Shown here one piece after another: positions 10,508-21,903 of a stretch of DNA of 64,000 nt. Where the stretch lies: NCBI GenBank assembly GCA_003349885.1, contig QFXC01000002.1, positions 3,850 through 67,849 of the forward strand, written 5' to 3'. The DNA is from an endosymbiont of Galathealinum brachiosum. Lineage in GTDB: Bacteria; Pseudomonadota; Gammaproteobacteria; SZUA-229. Made by a program: the position numbers and the translations under genes. The notes beneath the pieces were generated by a model. It had not been told where the DNA came from and ran no database searches. It saw nothing but the letters and a program-made list of their open reading frames with translations. The first letter of the stretch is position 1. Every line of letters begins with the position of its first letter.

Positions 10508-11482
10508 TTACCAGTCGACCTTATATTCATACATTTCATGTAATACAGTGACATCAACAATATCATTACATACTGCTTCATCGAAACGATTCCAGTAGGT
10601 TGAAGCGCGTTTTATTGCCACGACAATCGGAATGGCATCTTTATTTTCCATTTTTTTGTGAAAAGACTTTAAGGTATCACAGTAATATCCATTGCAGATA
10701 TCAGAGCGCAAATCCCGGCTTAATGCACAACCTGTTAATGTCTGATTGATGCATGAGTTCTCTATCGATTCTTCAGCTATATTATCGACATACATTTTTA
10801 ACAGTTCTTCAGATGATACTTGCGGGTTCTCATCCATATAACGACGAATAGAAAAAACCGATAAATAGGCATGCTCCTTACCCGACGCACAGCAGCCCCC
10901 TTTACACTGCCCGCATAACCGATCACTTATTTCCTTAAGGCCGGAAACAACCTCAAATCGCTGCTCAACGATAAGGTGCTTGCTTTGAGCATCATGATGC
11001 TCATCATAAACCAGCTCAGAAGCTTGATTATATTCACCAGCCTCTTCAATTATCGATTTCAGATGACTTATATATCCAGCCCTACGCTCATCAGTCACTG
11101 GTAATGTTAGAGAGCCACCTGAAGGAATAGTTAAAAATGATACGCTGGATTCAGAAATCGCTGGATTAGCACCTAACACGGTTTCCTTAATTGTATGTAA
11201 CTCCTGTAATTCTCTGGCCTGTATATCATCACGGCGTTTTTTTCTTGCTGCATCCCTCTTTCGCTGTTTCGTAATAATTTTACGATTAAACTCAAGATGT
11301 GATTGAAACATGTATTTGTTGAGTGTTGATTTCTTACTCATCACCCGCTGACATTCGGGTGATCGACATACAGAATATTTTATATCTCTGACATTAAATC
11401 CATCGAAGTTTAATACCTCAATATCACAGACTTCACATTTAGTTTTATTATTTAACGAGTGAGTAGCTAAAGACATAAACAA
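10508..11482 (-). CDS. hypothetical Cys-rich protein: N-terminal zinc ribbon + basic stretch + CxxCxxxCC (YkgJ/UPF0153-like) motif
   Basis: CEVCD...CRSPEC; RKRDAARKKRRDD; CGQCKGGCC. Confidence 0.35.
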   Translation of the reverse strand: MFMSLATHSLNNKTKCEVCDIEVLNFDGFNVRDIKYSVCRSPECQRVMSKKSTLNKYMFQSHLEFNRKIITKQRKRDAARKKRRDDIQARELQELHTIKETVLGANPAISESSVSFLTIPSGGSLTLPVTDERRAGYISHLKSIIEEAGEYNQASELVYDEHHDAQSKHLIVEQRFEVVSGLKEISDRLCGQCKGGCCASGKEHAYLSVFSIRRYMDENPQVSSEELLKMYVDNIAEESIENSCINQTLTGCALSRDLRSDICNGYYCDTLKSFHKKMENKDAIPIVVAIKRASTYWNRFDEAVCNDIVDVTVLHEMYEYKVDW

Positions 11483-11576
11483 TCCATTTCCTGTTTATTA
11501 ACTATAATTTTATGTTTTATTCTATACCTGATGATCTTTTATAATATGGTTATCTGTCACATTTTTATTATTGAAA

Positions 11577-11981
11577 TTAACCTCGTTTTTTACGATGAGT
11601 GAAATCTTTAATATCTCTGACAATTTCATTAAATGGAAAATTCGATACATCTCCATATTTCTGTTCAGCCAGATGTTTAACACCTAATACATCCGGCACC
11701 TCATCCAGCTGGTCAGACAATATTCGCTGCATTCCAAGAAGCCCACCACAACGAATTTTCATTAATTGCATGTGAGTTAAAGCCTGCTCGTGCTGGTTTA
11801 AACCCAGAATAAAGCGCGACTGCTCTTTAAAAACATCAACCAGATCATAACAATCGGAAATGTAATCATCGGCCTGTAAACAGGTCATTTTTCCGGCACA
11901 ACGATCATCCAGGTTAGCGTACTGGCATTTACACCAGTTGCCAATAATGGGCTTTGAAAATGGACATAGTGTTTTAATCAT
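11577..11981 (-). CDS. hypothetical Cys-rich protein
   Basis: ORF only; CPFS..WCKC..RCAGKMTC cysteines; no recognisable family. Confidence 0.3.
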   Translation of the reverse strand: MIKTLCPFSKPIIGNWCKCQYANLDDRCAGKMTCLQADDYISDCYDLVDVFKEQSRFILGLNQHEQALTHMQLMKIRCGGLLGMQRILSDQLDEVPDVLGVKHLAEQKYGDVSNFPFNEIVRDIKDFTHRKKRG

Positions 11982-12094
11982 AATGCAATATCAATATAAC
12001 GTACCTCACTGCTCTCCTATACAGATATTGGAAAGCAGCGACATAAACACTAAAAAAGCGAGAGCCCCGAAACAGGCATTCAGTGGGTGAAAAA

Positions 12095-12979
12095 CTATCT
12101 CGCAGCCTGCAACGCCGCAATACGTTCCTCTAAAGGCGGGTGACTCATAAACAGTTTACGAATACCACTTGCTACGCTGGCATTAATACCAAATGCTGCG
12201 AGCTGGTCCGGCATATGAGCCGGTTGATGAATACTCTGTAAACGCTGCAATGCAGCAACCATATTACCTGAGCCCGCTAAATGTGCTCCACCCGCGTCCG
12301 CTCTAAACTCTCGACGTCTGGAAAAATACATCACAATAGAACTGGCCAGAATACCAAAAACAATTTGCGCCACAATACTGGTTATGTAATAAGCAGGCCC
12401 ATAACCTCTTTGTGTTTTAAACACCACTCTATCAACCAGATGGCCCACTATACGGGAGAAGAAGATAACAAACGTATTAACAATGCCCTGCACCAGCGCC
12501 AGTGTAACCATATCACCATTGGCCACATGACTTACTTCGTGAGCTAATACGGCTTCTATTTCACCCTGCTTCATATTTGCCAGTAAACCGGTACTAACCG
12601 CAACTAACGCTGCATTTTTATTCATGCCGGTAGCAAAGGCATTTACATCGGCAGAATCAAAAATAGCCACTTCAGGCATTTTGATACCGGCCTGTTGAGC
12701 CTGTCTTTCAACCGTTTGTAATAACCAGCGCTGAGTATTATCTTTTGCATCAGTAATTACCACTGCACCCATCATACGCTTGGCAGACCACTTGGACATA
12801 GCCAGAGAGATAAACGATCCAGACATACCAATAACGGTAGACATGATTAACAATGCTTCAAGGTTTAGATCAACCCCGTTTTGAGCCAGCGTAGATTCGA
12901 GACCTAACAGACTGAAAACCAGACTGATAATTATCATGATTGCGATATTTGTTAATAAAAATAGACCAATACGTAACAT
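12095..12979 (-). CDS. htpX: zinc metalloprotease HtpX
   Basis: near-collinear similarity to E. coli HtpX incl. N-terminal MLRIGLFLLTN, HEVSHVANGDM HExxH, C-terminal MSHPPLEERIAAL. Confidence 0.9.
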   Translation of the reverse strand: MLRIGLFLLTNIAIMIIISLVFSLLGLESTLAQNGVDLNLEALLIMSTVIGMSGSFISLAMSKWSAKRMMGAVVITDAKDNTQRWLLQTVERQAQQAGIKMPEVAIFDSADVNAFATGMNKNAALVAVSTGLLANMKQGEIEAVLAHEVSHVANGDMVTLALVQGIVNTFVIFFSRIVGHLVDRVVFKTQRGYGPAYYITSIVAQIVFGILASSIVMYFSRRREFRADAGGAHLAGSGNMVAALQRLQSIHQPAHMPDQLAAFGINASVASGIRKLFMSHPPLEERIAALQAAR

Positions 12980-13201
12980 CTTTACCTCTAAAACTAATTA
13001 ATTTTAAAACGACACATGAGCCTGAAGACTCAATATATATGACTAAATATAAGGGTTATTACAAATATTTAAAGGGGAAATTTCTGCTTACGATGTAAAT
13101 TAGCGTTATAGCGTGCTTTTATATCTTGAATTAAACAACTTCAGGTATGCAACCAACAATTAATAACACATTACTAAGCCCAACAGTTTAAACTACCCCC
13201 C

Positions 13202-14332
13202 ATGAATATACTTGAAGCCCCTCAGGGCAAATTTACATTAAATCGTTACCCAATTCGCCCCAAAGACCAACTACGCGCCTGGGATGCGGCAGATGAATTT
13301 ATTTTAGTACATCTACATGAACAGGCATTACTGAACGAATCATCCAGGCCACTTATTTTAAATGATGCATTCGGCGCATTAAGTGTTTCACTTGCGCTCT
13401 ACAAACCCTGCACTATTTCAGATTCATTTATTTCACATCAGGGCATTATTGAAAATGCAAAAACGAATGAGATCAATGAAGGAAACATTACACTACAGAA
13501 TAATTTCCAGCCACTGCAAGGCACTTATGATCTTGTCATTATAAAAATACCGAAAAATCTGGCCATGCTCGAAGATGAGTTATACCGAATTCGTGATTAT
13601 TGCGATGAAAAAACCGTTATTCTTGCCGCCGCTATGAGCAAGCACATTCATAGCTCAACACTTAAATTATTTGAGCGTATTCTAGGAACAACCACAACAT
13701 CATTAGCCAGAAAAAAAGCGCGACTTGTTCACTGTAAATTCGATTCTGCACTTAAACCCGGCAAGTCACCCTATCCAACAAAATATAAAATAGATATAAC
13801 CGACGAAACATTTAGTAATCATGCTAATGTTTTCTCGCGTGAAAAATTAGATCTGGGCAGCCGGTTCATGCTGGAGTTCATTCCTCAATCGACAAAGTAT
13901 AGTCAGATACTCGATCTAGCCTGTGGCAATGGCGTGTTAGGTATAACTGCTGCGCACCTGAACCCAATGGCAAAAGTCAGTTTTGTAGATGAGTCTTATA
14001 TGGCTGTAGAATCTGCAAAAATAAATGTTAAGCAACTCGTTGAAGATGCTTCACGATGCGACTTTAAAGTGACGGACTGTTTGCAAGGTATAGATAATAA
14101 CTCACTGGATTTAATTATAAACAACCCACCCTTCCACCAGAATCATGTAGTGGGTGATTTTATTGCATGGCAAATGTTTAAAGAAGCCAAAGATAAACTT
14201 AAAACCGGCGGTGAAATTATAATCGTGGGCAATCGCCACCTTGGTTATCATATTAAATTGAAGAAACTATTCGGTCGTTGTGAAATGATTGCCAGTAATA
14301 AAAAGTTTGTTATTCTGAAAGCGGTTAAATAA
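13202..14332 (+). CDS. rlmG: 23S rRNA (guanine1835-N2)-methyltransferase RlmG-like
   Basis: ~376 aa, tandem MTase domains, IINNPPFH catalytic motif, DLACGNG SAM motif. Confidence 0.7.
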   Translation: MNILEAPQGKFTLNRYPIRPKDQLRAWDAADEFILVHLHEQALLNESSRPLILNDAFGALSVSLALYKPCTISDSFISHQGIIENAKTNEINEGNITLQNNFQPLQGTYDLVIIKIPKNLAMLEDELYRIRDYCDEKTVILAAAMSKHIHSSTLKLFERILGTTTTSLARKKARLVHCKFDSALKPGKSPYPTKYKIDITDETFSNHANVFSREKLDLGSRFMLEFIPQSTKYSQILDLACGNGVLGITAAHLNPMAKVSFVDESYMAVESAKINVKQLVEDASRCDFKVTDCLQGIDNNSLDLIINNPPFHQNHVVGDFIAWQMFKEAKDKLKTGGEIIIVGNRHLGYHIKLKKLFGRCEMIASNKKFVILKAVK

Positions 14333-14461
14333 ATATAACTGAATTCTGTCATCTGCGAATGTTTGTGTCGGATATCTAGTGCATTAAGTCTGTATAGTCG
14401 CTGGATTTCGACAAAAGCATTCGAAAATGACGATACAAGATTAAGCTAACAGGACAGTAAG

Positions 14462-15124
14462 TTATATTTTACACCTTTTACGTTTCGGTTTTTTAGACGC
14501 TCTGGGTGCATTAATTTTCGCTAGATAACGTTGATGATCCTCATTATCCTCTTCCCACAATGTGCATGTTAACGTAACGCGGGGCAGTTCATCTTTGGCT
14601 GATTTTCCCTTTACATACATTATTTCATAATAACGTTGCTTCTCACACGTTAGTGTTTCAAACATCAGTCCAAAATCATTTATCGCCAGATACTCTCGCA
14701 ATGCATTATGACTGGCACTGGGGCAAAAGATATAATCAACCTGTACATCAGGGTGATTTTGTTCAATGCCTGTCACTATCTCTACCGATGTCTCCCCGCC
14801 CACGCCAGCCAGTATCACAAGGTGACGTTGCTGAGCATCAAAACATAAATCGCCGGCATCAGCGGTTATTAATTCATAATTACCAATTTTGTCATTGTCC
14901 GTACAAAAAGGAGTTAACCTATTTGATAACTGCTCTATTAAGTGTGGCAACTGATCGACAAATACCAGTTTCTCACACAGGTTTTCACTAAGAATTTTAA
15001 TCCCAAGATAACCATGATCACAACAACAGTCCCATATACATGGATAAGGTTTATCCTGTTGTACACGTGTTATAAATTCAAGAATGGTATTAAGGCGCGG
15101 GCCCAGGCGAGATGACGGATTCAT
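14462..15124 (-). CDS. SAM-dependent tRNA (adenine22-N1)-methyltransferase TrmK-family protein
   Basis: IWDCCCDHGYLGI (D.G.DH.YL) and ILAGVGGE motifs parallel TrmK. Confidence 0.5.
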   Translation of the reverse strand: MNPSSRLGPRLNTILEFITRVQQDKPYPCIWDCCCDHGYLGIKILSENLCEKLVFVDQLPHLIEQLSNRLTPFCTDNDKIGNYELITADAGDLCFDAQQRHLVILAGVGGETSVEIVTGIEQNHPDVQVDYIFCPSASHNALREYLAINDFGLMFETLTCEKQRYYEIMYVKGKSAKDELPRVTLTCTLWEEDNEDHQRYLAKINAPRASKKPKRKRCKI

Positions 15125-15268
15125 ACTTCTAAAACGGCTTCATTGATTCAGGAAAATTAATTTACGCCATTATAAGGTAATTTGAACACAGGCAAACAAA
15201 TTAAGCCGAACGAATCCGACTTGATTGATGTAAAAGACGAGTTTTACTGTAACAAGTAAAGTTAACGC

Positions 15269-15595
15269 TTAATGATAAGGGTAATTATGCATCACAAGCA
15301 GCACTTCTTTACGTAAAATACTTTTTGGTAAAGGAGCATCAAGATGCAGGCAGACATAATTTCCCTCAGTGCGCACAACCTGCCCACCTAGCCCGAATTC
15401 TTTCCCATCTGAAAAATGAATAGTAGCCAGAAAAGAATCATCTACCATAAATTCCATATCATCTCCGGCGATAACTTTAACGCCGCACTCTGATACGTTT
15501 TCAATATCGTATTGATCATGATCCATGATAAGTTTGGGACAAACAGAATGTGGATAAGAAAGCCTGAAGTGAGAACGATTATTTTCATTTTGCAT
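15269..15595 (-). CDS. PilZ domain protein (c-di-GMP binding)
   Basis: HFRLSYP (RxxxR-like) and NVSECGVKV (D/NxSxxG) blocks. Confidence 0.45.
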   Translation of the reverse strand: MQNENNRSHFRLSYPHSVCPKLIMDHDQYDIENVSECGVKVIAGDDMEFMVDDSFLATIHFSDGKEFGLGGQVVRTEGNYVCLHLDAPLPKSILRKEVLLVMHNYPYH

Positions 15596-15844
15596 AATAC
15601 TGTCCTGTATAAGCTGCTGCTGACTGTATCAATATTACGTGCGACTTACTTTAGTAATAGCACATTCAAAGTATATTGTTCTGACATTTTATATAGAATT
15701 TTTTTATGAACGAGCACTACACATATTAAATACTAATAGTAAGCTTTTCACTAAACCGGCATTTATCTACAATCAATCTCAGAACAACACAATAAACCTT
15801 TGATATATATACATATTCAATGCATTTAAGAGTAATTATAAAAT

Positions 15845-16459
15845 CTAATTATCACTCATACTTTTCATAAACAGATCAAGTGTATCGCCTTCAACTCTGT
15901 CAATAACATATATACTTGATGTTAATACACCTTGAACAGTATCATCCTGTTCATCATAAAACCGGGTAATTAAACTCGTCAATTCATCATCAAATTCCTC
16001 AACTTCCTGCAGATAAGTTTCTGTATAACCACTATTTATTAAATATTCAATCACTCTACGTTCCTGTAAATCCTCATCAAGCCCATAATAGCGGCTCATC
16101 GCTCCTGCAAATAACGTTTTGCCATTATCAATCAGGTGAATTTCAGGCACATAATCTGTCAATTTTCCTAACTTAACATCCTCTTCATAACTTGTATCCG
16201 TTACATCAACTATTTCAATATTCACATATCGTGTTTCACCGTTATATGCGACATATTCAAAACCATCTTTAATTCCCAGATTCTTTAATGATTTTTTTAA
16301 TTCTAAACAGGGACCGCAATTATCAGAAGAATATATTTTTACATCAGAAACCTGGTGCAAAGCCTCTGCTTCATTAATGTTTGCTGATAAGTCAGACATC
16401 ACAGCGAATGAAGCAAAAGCAGCTATTAATGTTATTATATTTTTAAACATGGTAAACAC
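15845..16459 (-). CDS. secreted hypothetical protein
   Basis: signal peptide, acidic; CGPC thioredoxin-like dipeptide; no family recognised. Confidence 0.35.
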   Translation of the reverse strand: MFTMFKNIITLIAAFASFAVMSDLSANINEAEALHQVSDVKIYSSDNCGPCLELKKSLKNLGIKDGFEYVAYNGETRYVNIEIVDVTDTSYEEDVKLGKLTDYVPEIHLIDNGKTLFAGAMSRYYGLDEDLQERRVIEYLINSGYTETYLQEVEEFDDELTSLITRFYDEQDDTVQGVLTSSIYVIDRVEGDTLDLFMKSMSDN

Positions 16460-16679
16460 CCATAAGTTAGTTAAATTGAGTTTTATAAATATTTATAAAA
16501 CAGTTAATTAACAGGACGAGTGTTATGGAAAAACATCAGGGTATTATTTAAAAAAGATTAATATTATCCAGGTTTAAAGACCCGATAACGATCATATGCA
16601 AATATCTATATATTAACCCTGATACTTTATGAAAAAGTCAGTCTTATATAACTACTACTAGATAATTAAAGCTTAAAAT

Positions 16680-17024
16680 ATGATTGAAGTTGATAATAAT
16701 TCACCACTAACTGGCTGGTCTGAAGGCGTTATAGACCTGAAACCCGGACAACCTCATATTAATGTCACTTATGCTGAAAATATTGTAATTGCATACATCA
16801 TTAATCACCCTGAGCTGGACGAAGTAATCGTACAGTTTAATCCCGACAACCAGCAAGATGATATTATTAGAGAATTAATAAAAGGACAGAAAAGACTACT
16901 AGACTGTTTGTTTAATAGAGAAATGTTAATCAATAGATGGGAATATGCTATTTACCACTGCAATACAACAAGTAATGCTTATTCAAAAATAGACAATGAT
17001 GTTATCTGGTGCGATTACTTATAA
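16680..17024 (+). CDS. hypothetical protein
   Basis: ORF only. Confidence 0.3.
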   Translation: MIEVDNNSPLTGWSEGVIDLKPGQPHINVTYAENIVIAYIINHPELDEVIVQFNPDNQQDDIIRELIKGQKRLLDCLFNREMLINRWEYAIYHCNTTSNAYSKIDNDVIWCDYL

Positions 17025-17032
17025 TGGGTTTT

Positions 17033-18448
17033 CTAGTTAACTTCAAGCTGACCATACTCATCCACCTTCAAACTAAAGCCCCCACCCGAGCCTGAATTCA
17101 ACCTGGCTGTGTATTTATCTGCAGACACCTGATAGGAAATCACCTCATATCTCAGGCCGGCCTGTTTAAGCAGTTCTTTAAACTTCTGTTTATCCGGGTA
17201 CTCCCCCATCATCGCCTGATTCTGTCTCATATACATATGTATGGTATGTGCATGCATTTTGTACTGCGACGACACAACCGCATTCATTGCATGACTGGTA
17301 GTATGATGCTGATCTAGTTTTTGCTGTATTTCTCTGGTTCGCTGAAAGTCATGTTGATTATTTTTCAGGGCTTTCTTATATATAGTGTTAATTTGACTCA
17401 ACATTATTTTATCTTTACCCGTGCGGCTATACTTCTGAAAATCTCTCCCAAGATCAATAGCCAGAGCCTGTGCTTCAAACATGGGTAAAGAGTAATTTAA
17501 CTCATCCAGTATTAAACTACTCAAATCAGATGATATTGATAATCTCATCGCTTTAAGTAAATTATATTCAGCCTTTCTATATTTTTTAGATCGTTTAAAG
17601 TCCTGCGATTCATTATAAAGTTGCTGCGCTTTTTCATCGTCACGGCCGGGCTCAGCTTTACCGGATATTTTATTCTGACCTAATAACGGGTTTTCAATTA
17701 CATAACTCTGATTTACATTGATCTGAGTTGAGGGTTTATTATCTATTTTTTTACTTAGGGCTCCAACCTCAGTTAATACCTTATCTATTTTTACACCCTG
17801 CTTTTGAATATCTTCTTTTTTAGCCAGATCAGCATATGCATTTCTCATTGAAGATAATTCATTTAAAATAAACTCAAGTTTGGCTTCACTTCGAACAGAG
17901 TCATTTTCTGGTTGTTGTATGATTTTGTTATTAATATTGATTATCTGACTTTCCAGATAGCGTATTCGAGCCTGATCACGGGGATGAACTTTTATGTTAG
18001 CCACTGCTTGCGGATGCGACTCAAGTGTTTTTACTATTTTCTTACCCGCCATCTCCCCTGCTTTCTGAAACTGCTTATAAATTCCGTCAAAATCTTTATT
18101 CTTTAAAGATTCTGAATGGGTGCTGGAAACAGACTCACCTTCTACCTGTTGTAATAATATACTCACCGTCGCTGTTTCAGCCGCTTCAACAAGTTTGATA
18201 CTAATCTTTAATGTTCCGGTTTTTAAGCCTTGCTGAGAACTGGTAAAAAATGCAAAACGTCTGGTTTTCGATATTTCACTCAGAGCAGAGTCAACTGAAG
18301 CTGATTTAATCTTATTTTCAGGTAATGGTTGCCATGCGCCTATTTTAAAGCTGGTTTGTAATACAACAGGTGATACATTTGCCTGCGAGTTAACACTACT
18401 TAGTAATATAAAAAGAAATAAACACAGCTGATGAGTCCGTTTAAACAT
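17033..18448 (-). CDS. secreted coiled-coil-rich hypothetical protein
   Basis: signal peptide; long K/E/Q-rich helical regions. Confidence 0.4.
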   Translation of the reverse strand: MFKRTHQLCLFLFILLSSVNSQANVSPVVLQTSFKIGAWQPLPENKIKSASVDSALSEISKTRRFAFFTSSQQGLKTGTLKISIKLVEAAETATVSILLQQVEGESVSSTHSESLKNKDFDGIYKQFQKAGEMAGKKIVKTLESHPQAVANIKVHPRDQARIRYLESQIININNKIIQQPENDSVRSEAKLEFILNELSSMRNAYADLAKKEDIQKQGVKIDKVLTEVGALSKKIDNKPSTQINVNQSYVIENPLLGQNKISGKAEPGRDDEKAQQLYNESQDFKRSKKYRKAEYNLLKAMRLSISSDLSSLILDELNYSLPMFEAQALAIDLGRDFQKYSRTGKDKIMLSQINTIYKKALKNNQHDFQRTREIQQKLDQHHTTSHAMNAVVSSQYKMHAHTIHMYMRQNQAMMGEYPDKQKFKELLKQAGLRYEVISYQVSADKYTARLNSGSGGGFSLKVDEYGQLEVN

Positions 18449-18666
18449 GGCTTACCTTAATAAATTCATGAACATAGCGAATTTAGAATATTGCTGTATA
18501 TAAATCAACTTTTTATATTAATACGGATAATCGCGTCTTATATAATCAGTAACTGCCCCTCCTGCATCCAGGCTTCATAATCTATGTTTAGCTCGATTGA
18601 TTATTCACAATGACTTATCACGTATATCAGTAATATCATCTAATCAGGTCAACCACACTATAATCA

Positions 18667-19290
18667 ATGCGCAGCGTAATTATCTGTAAATCATTAATGA
18701 ATATTGAAATAATCAAACAACTTATCTATCGGCACCCCGGGATATACTCTATTTCCATAGCATTAATACTGATCAGCGCCTTTCAGATTGACTTTACTGA
18801 AGAAAAAATACGTGATGACAAAGGTAGAACCCCACTTTATCTAGCCGCTGAAAACAGTGATGTAAGCACAGTAGCATCACTCCTTGAAGAAATAGACAAC
18901 CCTGACCAGAGAGACTCCTGTGAATGGACTCCTTTGATGAGGTCAGCCCAGAACAAACACGGCGAAGTGGCAAAATTATTACTTGATGCCGGTGCAAATG
19001 TTAACGCTAAAGATAAGGGTGGATATTCAGTATTAATGGTGGCATCGGGTTCTGATAATGCAGGTATCATAAAATTACTGGCTGACAAGGGTGCCAATAT
19101 AAATGAACAGGAAAAAGATCTCGGCTGGAGCGCATTAATCTGGTCCGCAAAAGAAGGCCTTTACGATAATGTTGTGGCTCTGTTAGAAGCCGGCGCTGAT
19201 GTCAGCTTAAAAGATGCAACAGGCAAAACAGCTTATGACTGGGCAATTGAAAAAGGCTATGATGAAATTGCCAGAAAATTAACTGAGTAA
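18667..19290 (+). CDS. ankyrin-repeat protein with N-terminal hydrophobic segment
   Basis: four+ consecutive ANK repeats (TPLYLAAENSD.., TPLMRSAQNKHGEVAKLLLDAGANVNAKD.., YSVLMVAS.., SALIWSAKEG..). Confidence 0.8.
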   Translation: MRSVIICKSLMNIEIIKQLIYRHPGIYSISIALILISAFQIDFTEEKIRDDKGRTPLYLAAENSDVSTVASLLEEIDNPDQRDSCEWTPLMRSAQNKHGEVAKLLLDAGANVNAKDKGGYSVLMVASGSDNAGIIKLLADKGANINEQEKDLGWSALIWSAKEGLYDNVVALLEAGADVSLKDATGKTAYDWAIEKGYDEIARKLTE

Positions 19291-19312
19291 TTATTAATTA
19301 ACATCATAAATG

Positions 19313-19335
19313 TGCACCTGAAGGAGCACCTACAG
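19313..19335. repeat. short palindromic repeat D copy (gtgcacctgaaggagcacctaca)
   Basis: same 23-mer recurs as an inverted pair at 56871..56947. Confidence 0.6.
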
Positions 19336-19349
19336 AGTTTTAACTAAAT

Positions 19350-20837
19350 TTATGTTCCGCAGAATGTATTCTCAACAACTTCTTCCGGTTCGGGTGGCAA
19401 CATGTATTTATCCATGCCCTCCTGTAAACTAAACGGATTTTCTAATACTGAATGTAGTTCATGAAACAGAGTAAAGTCATTATTGTCTTCAGCCGCTCTT
19501 ATTACTGCTTCAATCAAATGATTACGAGGGATATAAACCGGATTAACTGTTTGCATATTAAGCTGGCGTTGCTCATTTGTTAACGATTCTTTAGTTAATC
19601 TTTCGCGCCACTTTGACAGCCAGGATTCTATCGATTCTGAATTATCAAATAACGCTTTAAATTTTTTATCTAAACTTGAATATTTCATATCAAGACGAGA
19701 AAGATAAAAGAAGGTAAGTGTAAAATCTGCTCGCTTCACATGCATGATTTCAAATAATGATTCAATGAGTCTTTTATCTTCTTCATTATTATCAGCGTCA
19801 GGTGTTAAACCCAACTTGTCACGCATCCCCGCTAACCAGGCATTATCATAACTGCCTTCATAAGATTGCAGCACAGACTTTGCTAGCTCAACTGCCTTAT
19901 CGGTATCATCAGAAAATAACGGCACCAATGTTTCAGCCAGTCGAGTTAAATTCCACAAACCAATAGAAGGTTGATTACTGTACGCATATCGACCTCCCCG
20001 ATCAATAAAGCTATATACCTGATTGCGATCAAATTCGTCCATAAAAGCACAGGGGCCGTAATCAATCGTCTCACCTGCTATCGACATATTATCCGTATTC
20101 ATCACACCATGAATAAAACCTAACTGCATCCACTGCGCAATTAATTTAGCCTGACGTTCAACTACAGATTTAAAAAATTCCAGATACTGATTATCTACGT
20201 CCTGAATAGCTTGATAATTTCGTTCAATCACATAATCGGCTAATTTCTTAATAGACTTAAGGTCACCACTAGAAGCAAAATACTGAAACGTACCCACACG
20301 AATAAAACTTGATGCAATACGTGTAAGAATGCCACCCGGTGTCAAACTTTCCCTTGCCACCTCTTCGCCGGTAGTAACCGCCGCCAGTGCTCGCGTAGTG
20401 GGCACATTTAATTTAAACATAGCCTCACTCACCAGATATTCACGTAAAACCGGTCCCAGTGCCGAGCGCCCGTCACCATTACGAGAATAAGCCGTTCGGC
20501 CTGAACCTTTTAACTGCATATCATAACAGTCACCATCCGGATGATTAACCTCGCCTAGATATATTGCACGCCCATCACCCAACTGGGGATTAAACTGCCC
20601 AAACTGAGACCCGGAATATGCCATCGCTAATGGCTCACAACTATCAAACAACTGGTTGCCTGAAAAAAACAATGCCGCATCAGATGAATAAAAATCATCC
20701 GAAGATAACCCCATCGTGGTTGCTAGATTTTCGTTATATTTAATTAATGTCGGTGCGCTAACAGGCACCGGGCGGCATTTATTATAAAATTGCCTGCCTA
20801 ATTCTAAAAAACGATTACTTAATGGAATATATTTCAA
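19350..20837 (-). CDS. selO: protein adenylyltransferase SelO/YdiU
   Basis: collinear similarity to E. coli YdiU (GDGRAIYLGE, HGVMNTDNMSI, NQPSIGLWNLTRLAETL blocks). Confidence 0.9.
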   Translation of the reverse strand: MKYIPLSNRFLELGRQFYNKCRPVPVSAPTLIKYNENLATTMGLSSDDFYSSDAALFFSGNQLFDSCEPLAMAYSGSQFGQFNPQLGDGRAIYLGEVNHPDGDCYDMQLKGSGRTAYSRNGDGRSALGPVLREYLVSEAMFKLNVPTTRALAAVTTGEEVARESLTPGGILTRIASSFIRVGTFQYFASSGDLKSIKKLADYVIERNYQAIQDVDNQYLEFFKSVVERQAKLIAQWMQLGFIHGVMNTDNMSIAGETIDYGPCAFMDEFDRNQVYSFIDRGGRYAYSNQPSIGLWNLTRLAETLVPLFSDDTDKAVELAKSVLQSYEGSYDNAWLAGMRDKLGLTPDADNNEEDKRLIESLFEIMHVKRADFTLTFFYLSRLDMKYSSLDKKFKALFDNSESIESWLSKWRERLTKESLTNEQRQLNMQTVNPVYIPRNHLIEAVIRAAEDNNDFTLFHELHSVLENPFSLQEGMDKYMLPPEPEEVVENTFCGT

Positions 20838-21633
20838 GTTTATATCTTCTTTTCGGTGTATAACCTAGTTTAGCGTGCATGTGATGTAAGATAGGCTTAG
20901 ATAACTTGTGGAATTATATAAATTAAAAGGGTACAACTATGATTTATTGATGTGTTAAAAGTATTCAGCTTATCAGCTATTACGGTATTTCAAGTACTCC
21001 GGTTGTATCCAGAAGAACGAAACTTTGAGTCGCATTTGATAACCAACCACCTTTATTCCATGAAAGATAACTATTGATTTATGATATTTATCAGACGAAA
21101 TTTGATCAGGGTAATTCAATAATCTGATTGTATAAGTTTATTTTAATCCCTATATTTTTAAAAGGTATAAATATAGAAGATAGATCATCTATACCATCAC
21201 CATTAAAATCAGCCTGTTGGATATTTGACACTTTAGAATTATCCAGTACTGCTTTTGATGAAACTATTTTTTAATCAGGTTATCAACAAGCTCAATATTC
21301 TTTTCAACTTTATATCCCGCATTGCAGATATGGAAAGTGTCGCAGAAATAATTTCTAAAACAAACAATCGATTTAAAAATTCTATTAACTATAACCTGCT
21401 CTCATTTAACTGTTGTACCGGATATTATACCTGAACCGCATGTGATATTTCACCACAATGCACAAGCATATCACATGGTGATATGCTCAGGTAAATAAAC
21501 ACATAACCAGCTATTTTGTGATACACCTCTACATTAAGGCCCAATTTCGTCTTAAAAACGTGAACCAGACTTAATTAAATAGTTAAAACATCTCTATACT
21601 TAGCAGAACAACCATCAACAGCGGTATTAAATT

Positions 21634-21825
21634 ATGGTAGCAGCAAAAAAAATCGAAACCACTGATTATTCACCACAGCACTCATCAAGACTTATGAGCC
21701 TTCTACTTGATAAAAATTATAAAAAAAGTACTCCGACCAACAGTAAAACACACACTGTAGAAATGAAATATTCACGTATAGAAGCAGAACATGAAATGGA
21801 AAAAGCATTTATTAATCTGCTTTAA
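21634..21825 (+). CDS. small ORF (63 aa) in long intergenic region; could instead be an sRNA locus
   Basis: only ORF in ~1.1 kb gap; followed by a clear intrinsic terminator. Confidence 0.2.
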   Translation: MVAAKKIETTDYSPQHSSRLMSLLLDKNYKKSTPTNSKTHTVEMKYSRIEAEHEMEKAFINLL

Positions 21826-21871
21826 TATCTAATAAATACCTATAATAAATAAAATAACAACAACATATTAA

Positions 21872-21903
21872 GACTGCTTTAAGCAAAGCGGTCTTTTTTA
21901 TGT
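21872..21903 (+). terminator. rho-independent terminator
   Basis: gactgctttaagcaaagcggtc hairpin followed by ttttttat. Confidence 0.5.
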
